Source: Candidatus Bathyarchaeota archaeon
GTDB taxonomy: Archaea > Thermoproteota > Bathyarchaeia > Bathyarchaeales > Bathyarchaeaceae
Length of the DNA: 64,000 bases
Assembly (NCBI GenBank): GCA_963697165.1
Contig: CAVOMX010000012.1
Span: 1-64,000, forward strand
Reading direction: 5' to 3'
Part shown: positions 50,848 through 61,624 of the stretch, in pieces
Layout of the letters: every line of letters begins with the position of its first letter
Numbering within the stretch: the first letter of the stretch is position 1
Notes under the pieces: model-generated
The model's database searches: none
What the model saw: only the letters and a program-made list of their open reading frames with translations
What the model was told of the DNA's origin: nothing
Translations under genes and position numbers: made by a program

Positions 50848-52104
50848 TCAGATAGTTCCTGCATCCCAAGTAGCCAAATACTTCTTCTGCTCGTCTGTAA
50901 GCACATCAATTTCCACGTTTATAGCCTTCAACTTCAGACCCGCCACAAGCTCATCTATCTCCTTGGGCACACGGTAAACTCTAGTTTCCAGTCCCCTGTT
51001 TTTGATCAGATACTCTGTTGACAGCGCCTGATTCGCGAAGGACATGTCCATAACCTCTGACGGATGCCCCTCTGCCGCGGCAAGATTCACAAGCCTGCCC
51101 TCAGCCAGCAAATGAAGTTTTCTTCCATCCGCAAGAGTGTACTCTTCCAAGTTTGGTCTTAGCGTTCTCTTGGACTTGGACATCTTCTCCAAGTCAGGTA
51201 TGTTGATTTCGACGTTGAAGTGTCCGCTGTTGGCGATTATGGCGCCATCTTTCATCTTCTGCATGTGCTCTTTTCTGATAACGCCCTTGTTTCCTGTGAG
51301 CGTCACGAAAACATCTCCAATCTCAGCAGCTTTATCCATGGGCATAACTTGGAAGCCATCCATCACCGCTTCCAGAGCCTTTGTGGGGTCAATCTCTGTG
51401 ACTACTACTTTGGCTCCCATGCCTTTGGCTCTCATGGCTAAGCCTCTGCCGCACCATCCGTAACCTGCAACAACAAAGTTTTTTGCAGCCAGCAAGATGC
51501 TTGTGGCACGTAATATTCCGTCTATTGTGCTTTGTCCGGTGCCGTATCGGTTGTCAAACAGGTATTTGGTGTATGCATCGTTTACGGCTATTATTGGGTA
51601 TTTGAGTGCGTTGTCCTGTTCCATGGCTCTTAATCTTATGACTCCTGTGGTGGTTTCTTCGGTTCCTCCAATTACATTCTTTAACAGTTCTGTTCGTTCC
51701 TTGTGGAGGGTGCCCACAACGTCGGCGCCGTCATCTAACGTTACTTGGGGTTTATAGTCCAGTGACTTGTTTATGCACCAGAAGTATTCTTCGGTTGTTT
51801 GGTCGCGCCAAGCATAAACGTTTATTCCTTTAGTGGCGAGGTATGCTGCCACTTCGTCTTGGGTAGAAAGAGGATTTGAGCCACAAAGGGCAATTGTTGC
51901 GCCTCCAGCCTTGAGAGTTTCTGCAAGAACTGCGGTTTCTTTGGTTACATGCAGACATGCACCAATAGTGATATTTGCTAAGGGTTTCTCTTTTTGGAAT
52001 CTGCTTCTAATCTGAGCTAATACGGGCATGTGCTTTGCTGCCCATTCAACAAGTAATGCTCCTTGAGGAGCCAAGTTTATGTCTTTAACTTTATAATCTG
52101 CCAT
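50848..52104 (-). CDS. ahcY: Adenosylhomocysteinase
   Basis: [56 protein letters not shown]. Confidence 0.98.
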   Translation of the reverse strand: MADYKVKDINLAPQGALLVEWAAKHMPVLAQIRSRFQKEKPLANITIGACLHVTKETAVLAETLKAGGATIALCGSNPLSTQDEVAAYLATKGINVYAWRDQTTEEYFWCINKSLDYKPQVTLDDGADVVGTLHKERTELLKNVIGGTEETTTGVIRLRAMEQDNALKYPIIAVNDAYTKYLFDNRYGTGQSTIDGILRATSILLAAKNFVVAGYGWCGRGLAMRAKGMGAKVVVTEIDPTKALEAVMDGFQVMPMDKAAEIGDVFVTLTGNKGVIRKEHMQKMKDGAIIANSGHFNVEINIPDLEKMSKSKRTLRPNLEEYTLADGRKLHLLAEGRLVNLAAAEGHPSEVMDMSFANQALSTEYLIKNRGLETRVYRVPKEIDELVAGLKLKAINVEIDVLTDEQKKYLATWDAGTI

Positions 52105-52197
52105 CAGCATCTCCTTCTTTCTGCGTCTACTACAGGTTTAGTGTTATTTTGTTGTTACGGTTAAATGACCCGATGAAAGTTGCTGATTACTTGTTTG

Positions 52198-52473
52198 TTA
52201 CTCAAGCCGTTTGATTATGTGATAGCCGAACTGGGTTTTCACTATTCCAGAGATTTGTCCTTTCTCGAGAGCGAAGGCGACTTGTTCGAATTCCTTCACC
52301 ATCTGTCCGCGACCAAAGGTTCCGAGGTCTCCGCCGCGCTTTTTGGATGGACAGAGCGAAACATCTTTGGCTATGGCTGAAAAGTTTTCTCCCTTCTTTA
52401 ACCGTTCTAAAACTGTGTTTACTTCTTTCTCAGTTTTCACGAGGATATGTGCACAATGAACTTTATTTGACAT
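52198..52473 (-). CDS. ppiC: Parvulin-type peptidyl-prolyl isomerase
   Basis: CAHILVK, S.CPS...GGDLG.F.RGQMV.EFE, TQFGYHII. Confidence 0.93.
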   Translation of the reverse strand: MSNKVHCAHILVKTEKEVNTVLERLKKGENFSAIAKDVSLCPSKKRGGDLGTFGRGQMVKEFEQVAFALEKGQISGIVKTQFGYHIIKRLE

Positions 52474-52599
52474 AAGAAAAGAATAACCAAAAACGGTTTA
52501 TAACAGTTATTGCGTCCAAACATCAAGGACACCCCAGATTATGTGATGAAACTTGTTAGTCAGGCTTAAATACAAAGAATGGGCTCATTTACTTTAAGG

Positions 52600-52690
52600 T
52601 GTATGGGGAGCTGGGTTAACCCGGCTGAGAGGACAACTGGACTGTTGTCGACCCTAAGAACCTGATCCAGGTAATGCTGGCGGAGGGAAA
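52600..52690 (+). ncRNA. TPP riboswitch
   Basis: GGGGAGC-hairpin-GCTGAGA, ACCC-TAAGAACCTGATCCAGGTAATGCTGGCGGAGGGA; all core TPP elements, directly upstream of thiT; TTAAATA box at 52566-52572. Confidence 0.93.
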
Positions 52691-52693
52691 GAA

Positions 52694-53218
52694 ATGACAG
52701 AAACTAAACATGGGTTTTCGACAAAAATATTAGCAGAAACAGTTACGTTTGTGGCTCTTGCCACAGTTTTAAGTTACATCAAACTTTTCAGTCTACCACA
52801 AGGAGGCTCCGTAACCGCGGCGTCGATGGTGCCGATTCTTTGGTTGGCGCTGCGAAGAGGACCAAAAGTGGGGCTGTTCGCGGCTACAGTCTATGGCGTA
52901 GTCCAGTTTGCGTTTGGACCCTACATTTTTCATCCCGCACAGGTGCTGCTCGATTATCCAATTGCTTTTGGGTTGTTGGGAATTGCGGGATTCTTCCAGA
53001 ATCGTTCCTTTTTAGGCGCAAGCTTGGGCATAATTGGGCGATTTGTTGCCCACTTCCTTTCGGGCATAATCTTTTTTGCCAGTTACGCGCCTGAGGGAAT
53101 GAATCCTGCAATCTACTCTACGGTATACAATGGAGGCTATCTGCTGGTTGAGCTTGTGATAAGCCTCTACGTCATTTACTTACTACAGGCCAGTAAAGCG
53201 TTGAAAATCTACATGTAA
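52694..53218 (+). CDS. thiT: ECF S-component thiamine transporter
   Basis: ALATVLSYIK...PQGGSVT, HPAQVLLDYP.AF, HFLSG.IFF..YAP.G, YS..YNG.Y; TPP riboswitch upstream. Confidence 0.92.
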   Translation: MTETKHGFSTKILAETVTFVALATVLSYIKLFSLPQGGSVTAASMVPILWLALRRGPKVGLFAATVYGVVQFAFGPYIFHPAQVLLDYPIAFGLLGIAGFFQNRSFLGASLGIIGRFVAHFLSGIIFFASYAPEGMNPAIYSTVYNGGYLLVELVISLYVIYLLQASKALKIYM

Positions 53219-53267
53219 TAAGCTGATGACCCACAAGAGTTGGAGATAAACAAAGTTTTTGTTGTTT

Positions 53268-54110
53268 TCAGTTCCTTTTTAGGAATCCTTCTAACCCCTT
53301 GGGGTTTCTCCTACTTCTTTTAATAGCAATTTTTTCTCCTACCCGAAGTCTCATTCCGTCAAAAGCTGCTACCGCTGGAACTCCAGTTGTGTCTTCGATT
53401 ATTTTTATTTCGTATGCGGGTCCGCTGAAGAGCATTTTCATTCCGAAGTGTGTGGCTATAACCATCTCAGGCTTGACGGTGTCAACGATTTTGGCGGCTT
53501 CTTTTGGCGTCATATGTCCCGCCCATGGGCTTCCTAGGGGTCTCATTACAGAAAGGATGAGGATTCTAACTCCTATATATTGTTCTTCGATGCCTTCAAA
53601 ATATTCGGTGTCGGCGGTGTATCCGATGTCGCCGACCTCAGGGATTTTGAACCTAAAACCTACAGTTTCAGGGTCAGAGTGCATAGTTTTTGTGGCAACT
53701 ATTTTGGTGTTGCCGACTTTGAAGTTGACGCCGGGTTTCAATATTATTGCCTTTTCTAACATGTTCTGGTGGTATGTGGAGATTGCGGGTCCAGTTTCTT
53801 GGTCTCCGATTAGGATGTTTGGGGGCGCGGCTACGATTCCTCTTTTCTTAAGCATGCCTTTGGTCATGGCTTCAACTAGAATCTCCGCGTTAGTGTAATG
53901 GTCGGGGTGTCTATGAGAAACAAGTAATGCCCTGATTTTTTGGGGAGACAACCCTGCTTCTAGCGAGTATATGAGGGCGCCTGGACCAGGGTCAACGTGA
54001 ATGTTAAAGTTCTGGGAGATGAGGCGTATTCCTCCTGTTCTTCGTTTCTGTGTTATGGTGGCGAATCTTCCGCCTCCTGTTCCCAAAAATACCAGTTCAA
54101 CTTCGTCCAT
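53268..54110 (-). CDS. MBL-fold metallo-hydrolase
   Basis: FLGTGGGRF, DPGPG, SHRHPDH, HSDP, YTADT, THFG. Confidence 0.88.
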   Translation of the reverse strand: MDEVELVFLGTGGGRFATITQKRRTGGIRLISQNFNIHVDPGPGALIYSLEAGLSPQKIRALLVSHRHPDHYTNAEILVEAMTKGMLKKRGIVAAPPNILIGDQETGPAISTYHQNMLEKAIILKPGVNFKVGNTKIVATKTMHSDPETVGFRFKIPEVGDIGYTADTEYFEGIEEQYIGVRILILSVMRPLGSPWAGHMTPKEAAKIVDTVKPEMVIATHFGMKMLFSGPAYEIKIIEDTTGVPAVAAFDGMRLRVGEKIAIKRSRRNPKGLEGFLKRN

Positions 54111-54248
54111 GATTTTTCACCCTTATGGGGTGGACTGCAGTTTATTTTGATAGAATATGGCAATAAATAGTTATAAGGTTTTGAATCTTGGGGTGGCAGA
54201 GAATGTTATATTACCCGTAATCATGAAATATCTGTAGATGATTCGATA

Positions 54249-54923
54249 ATGAAGGTTGTGGTTCGTGTTGGCGGTTCAGTTGTGGGTTCTCCTCTCAACT
54301 CTCTTCTGATAGCCAAATATGTTGATTTGCTGAAAGAATTGAAGCAGCAGGGACACGAGGTTGTCGCAGTTGTGGGCGGAGGCTCGCTTGCTAGAGAATT
54401 CATCAAAGCGGCAGCAGATCTTGGTTTAGAGGAGACAAGAAGGGACTGGGCTGCGATTCATGTTTCGCGGCTGTTTGCTCAACTGTTCATGTTAGGTTTG
54501 GGCGAGATTGGCTGTGGAAGTGTTCCCGTTTCTGTAGATGAGGCTCAAGCTTGTTTGGATACGGGTAAGGTTGTGGTGTTTGGTGGTTTGCGTCCGGGAA
54601 TGACAACAGATTCAGTAGCTGCATTGATTGGCGAACGAATACATGCTGATTTGTTGGTGAAAGGCTCAAACGTGGACGGCATATACAGCAAGGACCCGAA
54701 GAAGTATTCTGACGCAAAAAAACTGGATGCGTTACGGTTTGAAGATTTGGGGAAGCTCTTTGAGGCAAACAGTCACAGGGCAGGGATTAACCAAATTATC
54801 GATCCTGAAGCAGTTAAGATTCTCCAGAGATGCAAAATAAAGACAGTAGTAGTGAATGGTTATGACTCGGAGAATGTTTTGGCTGCAGTTAAGGGTAAAC
54901 AGGTTGGAACTGTTATCACGTGA
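54249..54923 (+). CDS. pyrH: UMP kinase (archaeal type)
   Basis: VGGSV, VGGGSLAR, PGMTTD.VAA, NVDG.Y..DPK, DP.A. Confidence 0.93.
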   Translation: MKVVVRVGGSVVGSPLNSLLIAKYVDLLKELKQQGHEVVAVVGGGSLAREFIKAAADLGLEETRRDWAAIHVSRLFAQLFMLGLGEIGCGSVPVSVDEAQACLDTGKVVVFGGLRPGMTTDSVAALIGERIHADLLVKGSNVDGIYSKDPKKYSDAKKLDALRFEDLGKLFEANSHRAGINQIIDPEAVKILQRCKIKTVVVNGYDSENVLAAVKGKQVGTVIT

Positions 54924-54982
54924 GTTTGTGTGTGAGAGGTAAGGCTTAAATTAACTATTTCCTGTTTCTTTTGAAGAGATGG

Positions 54983-55088
54983 GCGGCGGTAGCGAAGCCA
55001 GGTCAAACGCGGAGGACTCAAGATCAGCGTTTGATGAGCTATCCTTTCCCATAGGGGTTCGCAGGTTCGATTCCTGCCCGCCGCACCA
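54983..55088 (+). tRNA. tRNA-Leu(CAA) with an 18-nt intron (55023-55040) and encoded CCA
   Basis: Acceptor GCGGCGG/CCGCCGC, T arm GCAGG-TTCGATT-CCTGC, long variable arm, anticodon CAA at 55019-55021, bulge-helix-bulge at 37/38. Confidence 0.95.
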
Positions 55089-55147
55089 CCATCTTATGAT
55101 TTGTTGTGCAAATTTTTATATGAACAGTCAGTGTATATGGTACTTTT

Positions 55148-55914
55148 ATGGTGTTGAATAGACCGATTTTCTTTCAGACAATCAACATAGTCGCCTTCAT
55201 AGTAACTGTTGCCGTGAATGGGCTGGCTGGAAGCACAACCCTACTAAATGGGGTGACAAGCGGCGAGGTTTCCGATTTTTATCCAACATTGGTTACGCCA
55301 GAGGGTTTCACGTTTGCGATTTGGGGTGTCATCTACATGCTTTTGCTGGCATTCATCGTCTATCAAGCATTATCCAAGAACAGGGACAAGCCGTTTCTAA
55401 GTCAGATTGGTTTGCTGTTTGCGTTAAGTTGCGCCTGTAACGTTGTTTGGCTGTTTCTTTGGCACTACAAACTGTTCATGTATAGTCTGGTTTTGATGTT
55501 TGCGCTGTTGGCAAGCTTGATTCTCATCTATTTGCGGCTGGATATTGGCAGGGCAGCTGCTTCGCTTAAGGAGATGGTGTTTGTGCATTTGCCTTTCAGC
55601 GTTTACTTGGGCTGGATAAGCATCGCCACCATAGCTAACGTATCGGTTGCTTTGACGGCTTTTGGCTGGGATGGATTTGGCATCGAGGCGTCGACGTGGG
55701 CTGTTGTGATAATCTGTGTTGCTTTGCTACTATCTTTAGCAATGCTCGCAAAAAGAAAAGACATAGCGTTCTGTTTCGTGGTTGTCTGGGCTCTATCGGG
55801 ATACTTGTAAAACAGAGTGGATATGAAAGCATCGTTTTGGCTTCTGAGATAGGCATAGGACTTCTTCTTGTCGCCATCGGCGTGACTGTTGCTTTTTCAA
55901 GACTTAAACGCTGA
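55148..55914 (+). CDS. TspO/MBR-like tryptophan-rich sensory protein, frameshift near 55800
   Basis: VS..YPTLVTP..FTFAIWG.IY, N..WLFLW, PFSVYLGWI..ATIAN. Confidence 0.8.
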
Positions 55915-55937
55915 AAAACCATACCTCCTATTGCAGG

Positions 55938-57331
55938 GTGACAATTGGGTTGCTGAAGAAAACCAAAATCGTGTGCACGATTGGTCCCGCCAGTCTAGAG
56001 TCTGAGACATTGGAAAGGATGTTTCAGGCTGGCATGAACTGTGTTAGAATAAACACTGCATACGGAGACTTTGACCGTTACAGGCAGGTTGTGGACAATG
56101 TTCGAGAAGTAGCTGACATGCCTGTTATGGTTGATTTGAAGGGTCCAGAAATCAGGATTCGAACAGACAAAGAACATGTCGTCAAGAAGGGCGAGGTGCT
56201 TGAGGCGGGCTTCAATGGTGAGGCAATCAGCTTTAATCACAACTTCATTGACCATATGAATGTTGGCGATGTGATTTTCATTGATAACGGCAGAATCAGA
56301 ACATTCTGTTATCGAAAAGGCTGATGGTTCATTGCGTCTGCTTGTAGAGAACGGCGGGGTAGTATCTGATGGCAAAGGCGTCAACGTTCCAAACAAACAA
56401 CTTACAGTTCCAACCCTATCACAACGGGACCTGAAGATCATCGACTTTGCAAAAGAGCATGAAGTAGAGTTTTTGGCTCTCTCATTTACAAGAAACGCCA
56501 AAGACGTAGCAAACCTCAAGTCAGCGGCTGAAGGACTTCAAGGGGGCAGTGATTGCTAAGATCGAAAACTTTGAGGGAATCACAAACTTCAAGGAGATTC
56601 TAAACGCATCAGAAGCAATCATGGTTGCAAGAGGCGACTTGGGCGTCGAAATCGAGCCAGAACGTGTTCCTCTAGTCCAGAAGTCTCTGGTTCGCAGTGT
56701 GCAATCAGGCAGGAAAAACTGTTGTGACAGCCACGGAGATGCTGGAATCCATGATGCATCAGCCTAACCCAACAAGAGCCGAAGTCAGCGACGTGGCAAA
56801 CGCGATACTGGACGGAACCGACGCAACCATGCTTTCTGGAGAAACAGCGGTTGGCGAGTTTCCGGTCGAGTCTGTGGCTATGATGACTCGTATAGCCTTG
56901 GAGGTGGAAAAGGCGACAAAAAGCAGCGTTAAAGACAGGGGATTTGTTAACATCTCGGATACTGTAAGCTGGTCTATTCAGAGGATTTGCCAGAGCATGC
57001 CCTTGACCAAGATTGTTACATTAACTAGGTCAGGTTACACGGCGAAGATGATTTCCCGTTTCAAGATTCGCAGATCAGATAATCGCGGTTACGTCCAAGC
57101 CCGATGGTAAAGAAGCAGCTGGAGCTGGTTTATGGCGTAGTTCCAGTGCATTATGATTACCGCAAAGAAGAAGACAGACTACTGTCTGTTGCATGTATGC
57201 TGTATTCCATGAAGTTGCTAAACATCGAGGACTTGGTGCTCTTCACAGCCGCTTTTAGAACAAAAATGAAACATGCAAGCAACCTCATCGAAATCCACAC
57301 ACTCAAAGAACTCCTAGACCTAAAAAAATAG
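55938..57331 (+). CDS. pyk: Pyruvate kinase, split into five ORFs by frameshifts
   Basis: [72 protein letters not shown]. Confidence 0.92.
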
Positions 57332-57367
57332 CCTGCTCAACACGCCGAGAAATCATATTATTAGCTA

Positions 57368-57536
57368 AATATGTTGTAAGAACATATTATTTAATAGTGC
57401 AGACTTCTTTGTTAACAGAAGAAGCACTATGTTTGACTAACTCTCAAATCCACGGTTTAGTTTGGATCAAGTCACTGCTGGAGTTATCACCCGATTAATC
57501 CCACAACTCTACTTTTTTAGAAATCAAGTGGGTTAA
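57368..57536. other. Cluster of inverted repeats in a convergent intergenic region
   Basis: AATATGTT-N5-AACATATT, ATAGTGC..CTTCT/AGAAG..GCACTAT, TTTGA/TCAAA, ATCCA/TGGAT, TTAA(T)CCCAC/GTGGGTTAA. Confidence 0.4.
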
Positions 57537-57685
57537 ATTTTTACCAAAAAAATTCACGCCTGCTTATATAGTCTGAATTTCAACTGTTGATTCAAAGTGG
57601 ACTTCCAACTTATTCATAAAAGTCTCTTATTAGTTGGTTGTTTAGATGTTTTCTTTTTTGTACCATAATTTAGAAATACCAAAGT

Positions 57686-58169
57686 TTACTGGGGAACAAA
57701 ATCTAATATGCACTGTTGCGATTCTTTGCATTTTTGAGATTTGAGTTTAAACTTCATTGTTTTAGCAATTTCAGAAACCCAAACTTGATATTCAGTACTG
57801 CAAATAGTTTCACCAATAATTCCAGAAAGGTCCTTTCGCCCACTTTTGATCATTAAATTATGCCATGGACAACCAGTTATTATTATTCGAAATCCATTCT
57901 GCGGTCTTTTCTGCCTTAAATTTGAATCCTTCCAACTCAAGCTTTGTTACAAGACTCTCAAGAAGAGCCTCTGAGCCGTTTTCGAGCCCTAAAAATGATT
58001 GGATCATTCTAGCCTGAATCTTTGGCATTACTTTCCAGACTTCATTATCCAATTCTAGAGCAGCGTCAAATCCGTGTTTCTCTTCAACTTTCATAAACCA
58101 CAGTCCATCCACAGCTTTGTAGCTCCGATTAAAATAGTCGGCGACTTGTTGCGAACTCAATTTAGTCAT
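57686..58169 (-). CDS. DUF6125-like protein, frameshift near 57900
   Basis: AVDGLWF..VEEK.G.DAALELD.EVW; second frame CPW....R, C..EY, C...F. Confidence 0.72.
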
Positions 58170-58334
58170 ATGATCACACTTAGCTCTTAGAAAGAGCTGA
58201 TAAATCAGGTTTTTCTAAAAAAGTATTCAACATTTTTATCGCTTGAAATAGTCATAACATATAAACGGAACAAAAATTTGATATCCACTCCCACAAACTC
58301 CTTTATTGGTCACAACAGAACAGAGATACTAAAA

Positions 58335-59750
58335 ATGGATAACGAACAGTTTAGGAAATATGGGCACGAAATGGTGGATTGGATAGCCGATTTCATGAAA
58401 AACATCGAAAAATATCCTGTGCATCCGGATATCCAGCCGGGAGAAATCAAAACACAACTTCCTAAAAATGCGCCAACAAAAGGAGAGAAAATGGAGGACA
58501 TTCTCAAGGATTTCCAGAACATCATCTTGCCCGGAATTACCCACTGGCAGCATCCTTGTTGGTTCGCCTATTTTCCAGCAAACAATAGTCCACCCTCGGT
58601 TCTGGGAGAATTTCTGACAGCCGCGCTTGGGGCGCAGTGCATGATCTGGAAGACTTCACCCGCAGCAGAAGAACTAGAGGAGGTGACATTGGAGTGGCTC
58701 AGGAAAATGGTTGGCCTGCCTGAGGGCATGGTAGGCGTGATACAGGATTCCGCATCCACTTCTACGTTAGTTGCCTTAATAGCCGCTAGAGAAAAGGCGT
58801 CAGACTTCGAGATTAACAACAAAGGCTTCGCTGAATTCTTGACTGTCTATTGTTCAGAGGAAGCTCATTCAAGTGTTGTGAAAGGTGCGAAGATTGCCGG
58901 TTATGGTGAGGAGAACATACGACTGATTCCCGCTGATGAGAACTTTGCAATGATCCCCGCAAAGCTTGAAGAAACAATTCGAGAGGACATAGCTGAAGTA
59001 AAAAAACCAGCCTTTGTCTGCGCTACGTTAGGAACGACCTCTTCTGCGGGCGTAGACCCTTTGGACAAAATTGGAGCCATCTGCAAGAAACATAACGTGT
59101 GGCTTCACGTGGACGCAGCATATGCAGGCGCCGCTGCTATACTGCCAGAAAAGAGATGGATAATGGAGGGCATAGAATATTCGGATTCATTTGTTTTTAA
59201 TCCCCATAAATGGCTACTCACCAACTTTGACTGCTCAGCGTTTTTCGTTAAAGATTTAATAACGCTCAAGAAAACATTCGAAATTCACCCTGAATACCTC
59301 AAGACGGGCGTGGATGCCAAGGTCAATAATTACCGAGATTGGGGAATCCAGCTAGGAAGACGGTTTAGAGCACTTAAACTATGGTTTGTTCTGCGATCAT
59401 ATGGGGTTGAAGGTCTTCAGAATATGGTTCGTGAGCACATCAGATTGGCACAAATGCTAAAACAGTGGATAGATGATGATCCACGTTTTGAAGTTATGGC
59501 TCCTGTAGATTTTAGTTTAGTTTGCTTTAGGTTTAATCCAAAAAGCATGTCCGAACAGCAACTAGATGAGTTGAATAGGCGGTTGCTTGAAAGCGTCAAT
59601 CAAACTGGCAAGACCTTGTTGACCCACACTATGCTCAAAGGCAGGTATGTGATTCGTTTTTGTATTGCTCAGAGAACAACCAGGGAAGAGCATGTTAGAC
59701 AAATATGGAAGCTGATCACTGAGAAAGTAGAAAAATTGCTAGAACGGTAA
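58335..59750 (+). CDS. Group II PLP-dependent decarboxylase, aromatic-L-amino-acid decarboxylase type
   Basis: FRKYGHEMVDWIAD, PGITHWQHP..FAYFP, SPAAEELE, HVDAAYAG, NPHKWLLTNFDCS, LGRRFRALKLWFV. Confidence 0.9.
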   Translation: MDNEQFRKYGHEMVDWIADFMKNIEKYPVHPDIQPGEIKTQLPKNAPTKGEKMEDILKDFQNIILPGITHWQHPCWFAYFPANNSPPSVLGEFLTAALGAQCMIWKTSPAAEELEEVTLEWLRKMVGLPEGMVGVIQDSASTSTLVALIAAREKASDFEINNKGFAEFLTVYCSEEAHSSVVKGAKIAGYGEENIRLIPADENFAMIPAKLEETIREDIAEVKKPAFVCATLGTTSSAGVDPLDKIGAICKKHNVWLHVDAAYAGAAAILPEKRWIMEGIEYSDSFVFNPHKWLLTNFDCSAFFVKDLITLKKTFEIHPEYLKTGVDAKVNNYRDWGIQLGRRFRALKLWFVLRSYGVEGLQNMVREHIRLAQMLKQWIDDDPRFEVMAPVDFSLVCFRFNPKSMSEQQLDELNRRLLESVNQTGKTLLTHTMLKGRYVIRFCIAQRTTREEHVRQIWKLITEKVEKLLER

Positions 59751-59766
59751 CAAATCCATGTTCCAT

Positions 59767-61170
59767 TTAGAGACGATGTTTGCTTTTGTTCATTTCATGC
59801 CTTTTACCGGAGATTGCAGCAACCGTTTCTCCAACCTTATTTTCTTCTACCACTAGAATGATTTGCGAAGTATGAGGTGCAAAGATTCCACGTTTAATGT
59901 TTATTTGAGGAATCGCCCCGATAGCCATTGACGCGACCCCAGAAGAATACTTCATTCCGTCTCCAATAAGGGTGACAACTCCAACGCCATATTCTATCGT
60001 TAAGTTTTCGTCGAAGCCCTTGAGGCGCTCTTCATTCTTTCGCAGAAAATCTGAATCAAGAAACAGAAAATCACGGATTCGTTTTCCGGTCTCAAGTGTT
60101 TCAATGCCCAAATCCAGAAAATCATTACAGTTTTCCCAAATCCTCAAAGCATCTTCAAAAGACCTGCTGTTTGTATCATCCATCGTGAGTATTGCACAGC
60201 CTGATTTGCCTGTAACACATTTCACGGTTTGATCAAGATTGCTTTCAGAACTTATTAGTGTATAATCTTCGGGTTTAACCATTGACATAACCTTGATTGG
60301 CTGCCCGAATTGCTTAGCCATCGAGATTGCATCGCCTTGAACAATCTTCATTCCCATCTTAGACGCTTTATGAGCCTCATTATACGTAAGAGAAACAATG
60401 TGCTCAGTTACCTGACCCCTAACCATCCTCGGATCAGCACTTTGAACCGGCATCTCCTTAAACAGAACAGTTTCAACATTATATTTTCGCTTTAGTAAAC
60501 ATGAAACAAAGACAGCTGAAAGATCAGAGCCGCCTCTTCCAAGCAATGTTTCTAGCCCGTCACTTGTTATTCCAAGAAATCCTCCTAGAGCAACACTTTT
60601 TCCTGCTTCAAGCACCTCGATAAGCGGTTTAGATTTGCTTTTGCTCAGATGATAATTGGGTGTAGCAGTTTCGAAGTTATCGTCAGTTATGATTGGCCAG
60701 TTTTCTTTTTGAATGTGACAAGAGTCGAACCCGTTGCTTCTCAGGACATAATCCATCAATACAGATGTAGGTAATTCTCCGCCATGTGTGAGAACTTTTG
60801 CTTTGACTGTTCCATGAAAGCGTTTGTTTATTAAAGCCAAAGAGTCATCCAGTTGCCGCTTATAGTTTTTCAGTTCACTGATAGCTTGTTTTAGATACTT
60901 GCCTTTGACGTACTTTTTGGCTAATTTTTCGTAGACGTTAAAGATATAGTCTACTGGAAGGGGTCCAGATTGTGTACATGATTCGCCTAGTTGAATGAGC
61001 TTGTCGGTGAATCCGTTTGGCGCAGAAAAAACAACTATTGGACCTAAATCGCTTTGATTTTTAAGATCATTTACACAATCCAGAATAGCAGGGATATTCT
61101 TGCCATCTTCACTTAGTAAACTTCCACCAAATTTGGCAACTGAAAGCGTTCTGATCGTCTTCACCCTCAT
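59767..61170 (-). CDS. lysC: Aspartate kinase
   Basis: KFGGS, VFSAP..FTD, GGE, GGFLG, LGRGGSDLSA, ADPR, C-terminal ACT-like region. Confidence 0.85.
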   Translation of the reverse strand: MRVKTIRTLSVAKFGGSLLSEDGKNIPAILDCVNDLKNQSDLGPIVVFSAPNGFTDKLIQLGESCTQSGPLPVDYIFNVYEKLAKKYVKGKYLKQAISELKNYKRQLDDSLALINKRFHGTVKAKVLTHGGELPTSVLMDYVLRSNGFDSCHIQKENWPIITDDNFETATPNYHLSKSKSKPLIEVLEAGKSVALGGFLGITSDGLETLLGRGGSDLSAVFVSCLLKRKYNVETVLFKEMPVQSADPRMVRGQVTEHIVSLTYNEAHKASKMGMKIVQGDAISMAKQFGQPIKVMSMVKPEDYTLISSESNLDQTVKCVTGKSGCAILTMDDTNSRSFEDALRIWENCNDFLDLGIETLETGKRIRDFLFLDSDFLRKNEERLKGFDENLTIEYGVGVVTLIGDGMKYSSGVASMAIGAIPQINIKRGIFAPHTSQIILVVEENKVGETVAAISGKRHEMNKSKHRL

Positions 61171-61243
61171 TACAGCTAACTGGAAACGAATTAAAACATT
61201 TTAAGCCTTTTGTGTAAGCTAGAAAACAAAAAAAGGAGAAGCT

Positions 61244-61624
61244 TCAAACATTCTTGTCGGACTGGATTTTATACGCTAATCCCGAGAACAAGGCCACATC
61301 TTTGTCTTCTTTCTTAACTACTACTCTGCATAAAGCTAAAGTTTTTCCATCCGAAACAGTATTTGCCTCAGCAGTCAAAATGTCTCCCTCTAATGTGGGT
61401 CGTAAGTAGTTTATGCTAACCTGAACCGCAACTGCCTGCTTATCACCAAAGTTTACGGCTTCAGCAAATGCACAGTCAGCCAAAGAAAACAGCACGCCTC
61501 CATGAGTGAAGCTTGCAATGTTTGTGTGTTCTTTTGTGACTTCCAGAGACATTTTCGCGTAACCGTCTCTTATTTCAAGAACTTTGATTCCTAATAACTC
61601 TCTGAAATGGTCATGTCCCTTCAA
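61244..61624 (-). CDS. PaaI family hotdog thioesterase
   Basis: N..FTHGG.LFSLAD.AF, INYLRP. Confidence 0.9.
   Translation of the reverse strand: MKGHDHFRELLGIKVLEIRDGYAKMSLEVTKEHTNIASFTHGGVLFSLADCAFAEAVNFGDKQAVAVQVSINYLRPTLEGDILTAEANTVSDGKTLALCRVVVKKEDKDVALFSGLAYKIQSDKNV

Noticed and set aside
55086..55150. tRNA-Leu as an integration site
   Set aside because: No integrase and no duplicate of the tRNA 3' end found in the window
54979..55161. 60-aa ORF over the tRNA
   Set aside because: Fully explained by tRNA-Leu
55938..57331. Programmed frameshifting in pyk, rio2 or cysK
   Set aside because: Multiple shifts per gene without consistent slippery sites; assembly error is simpler
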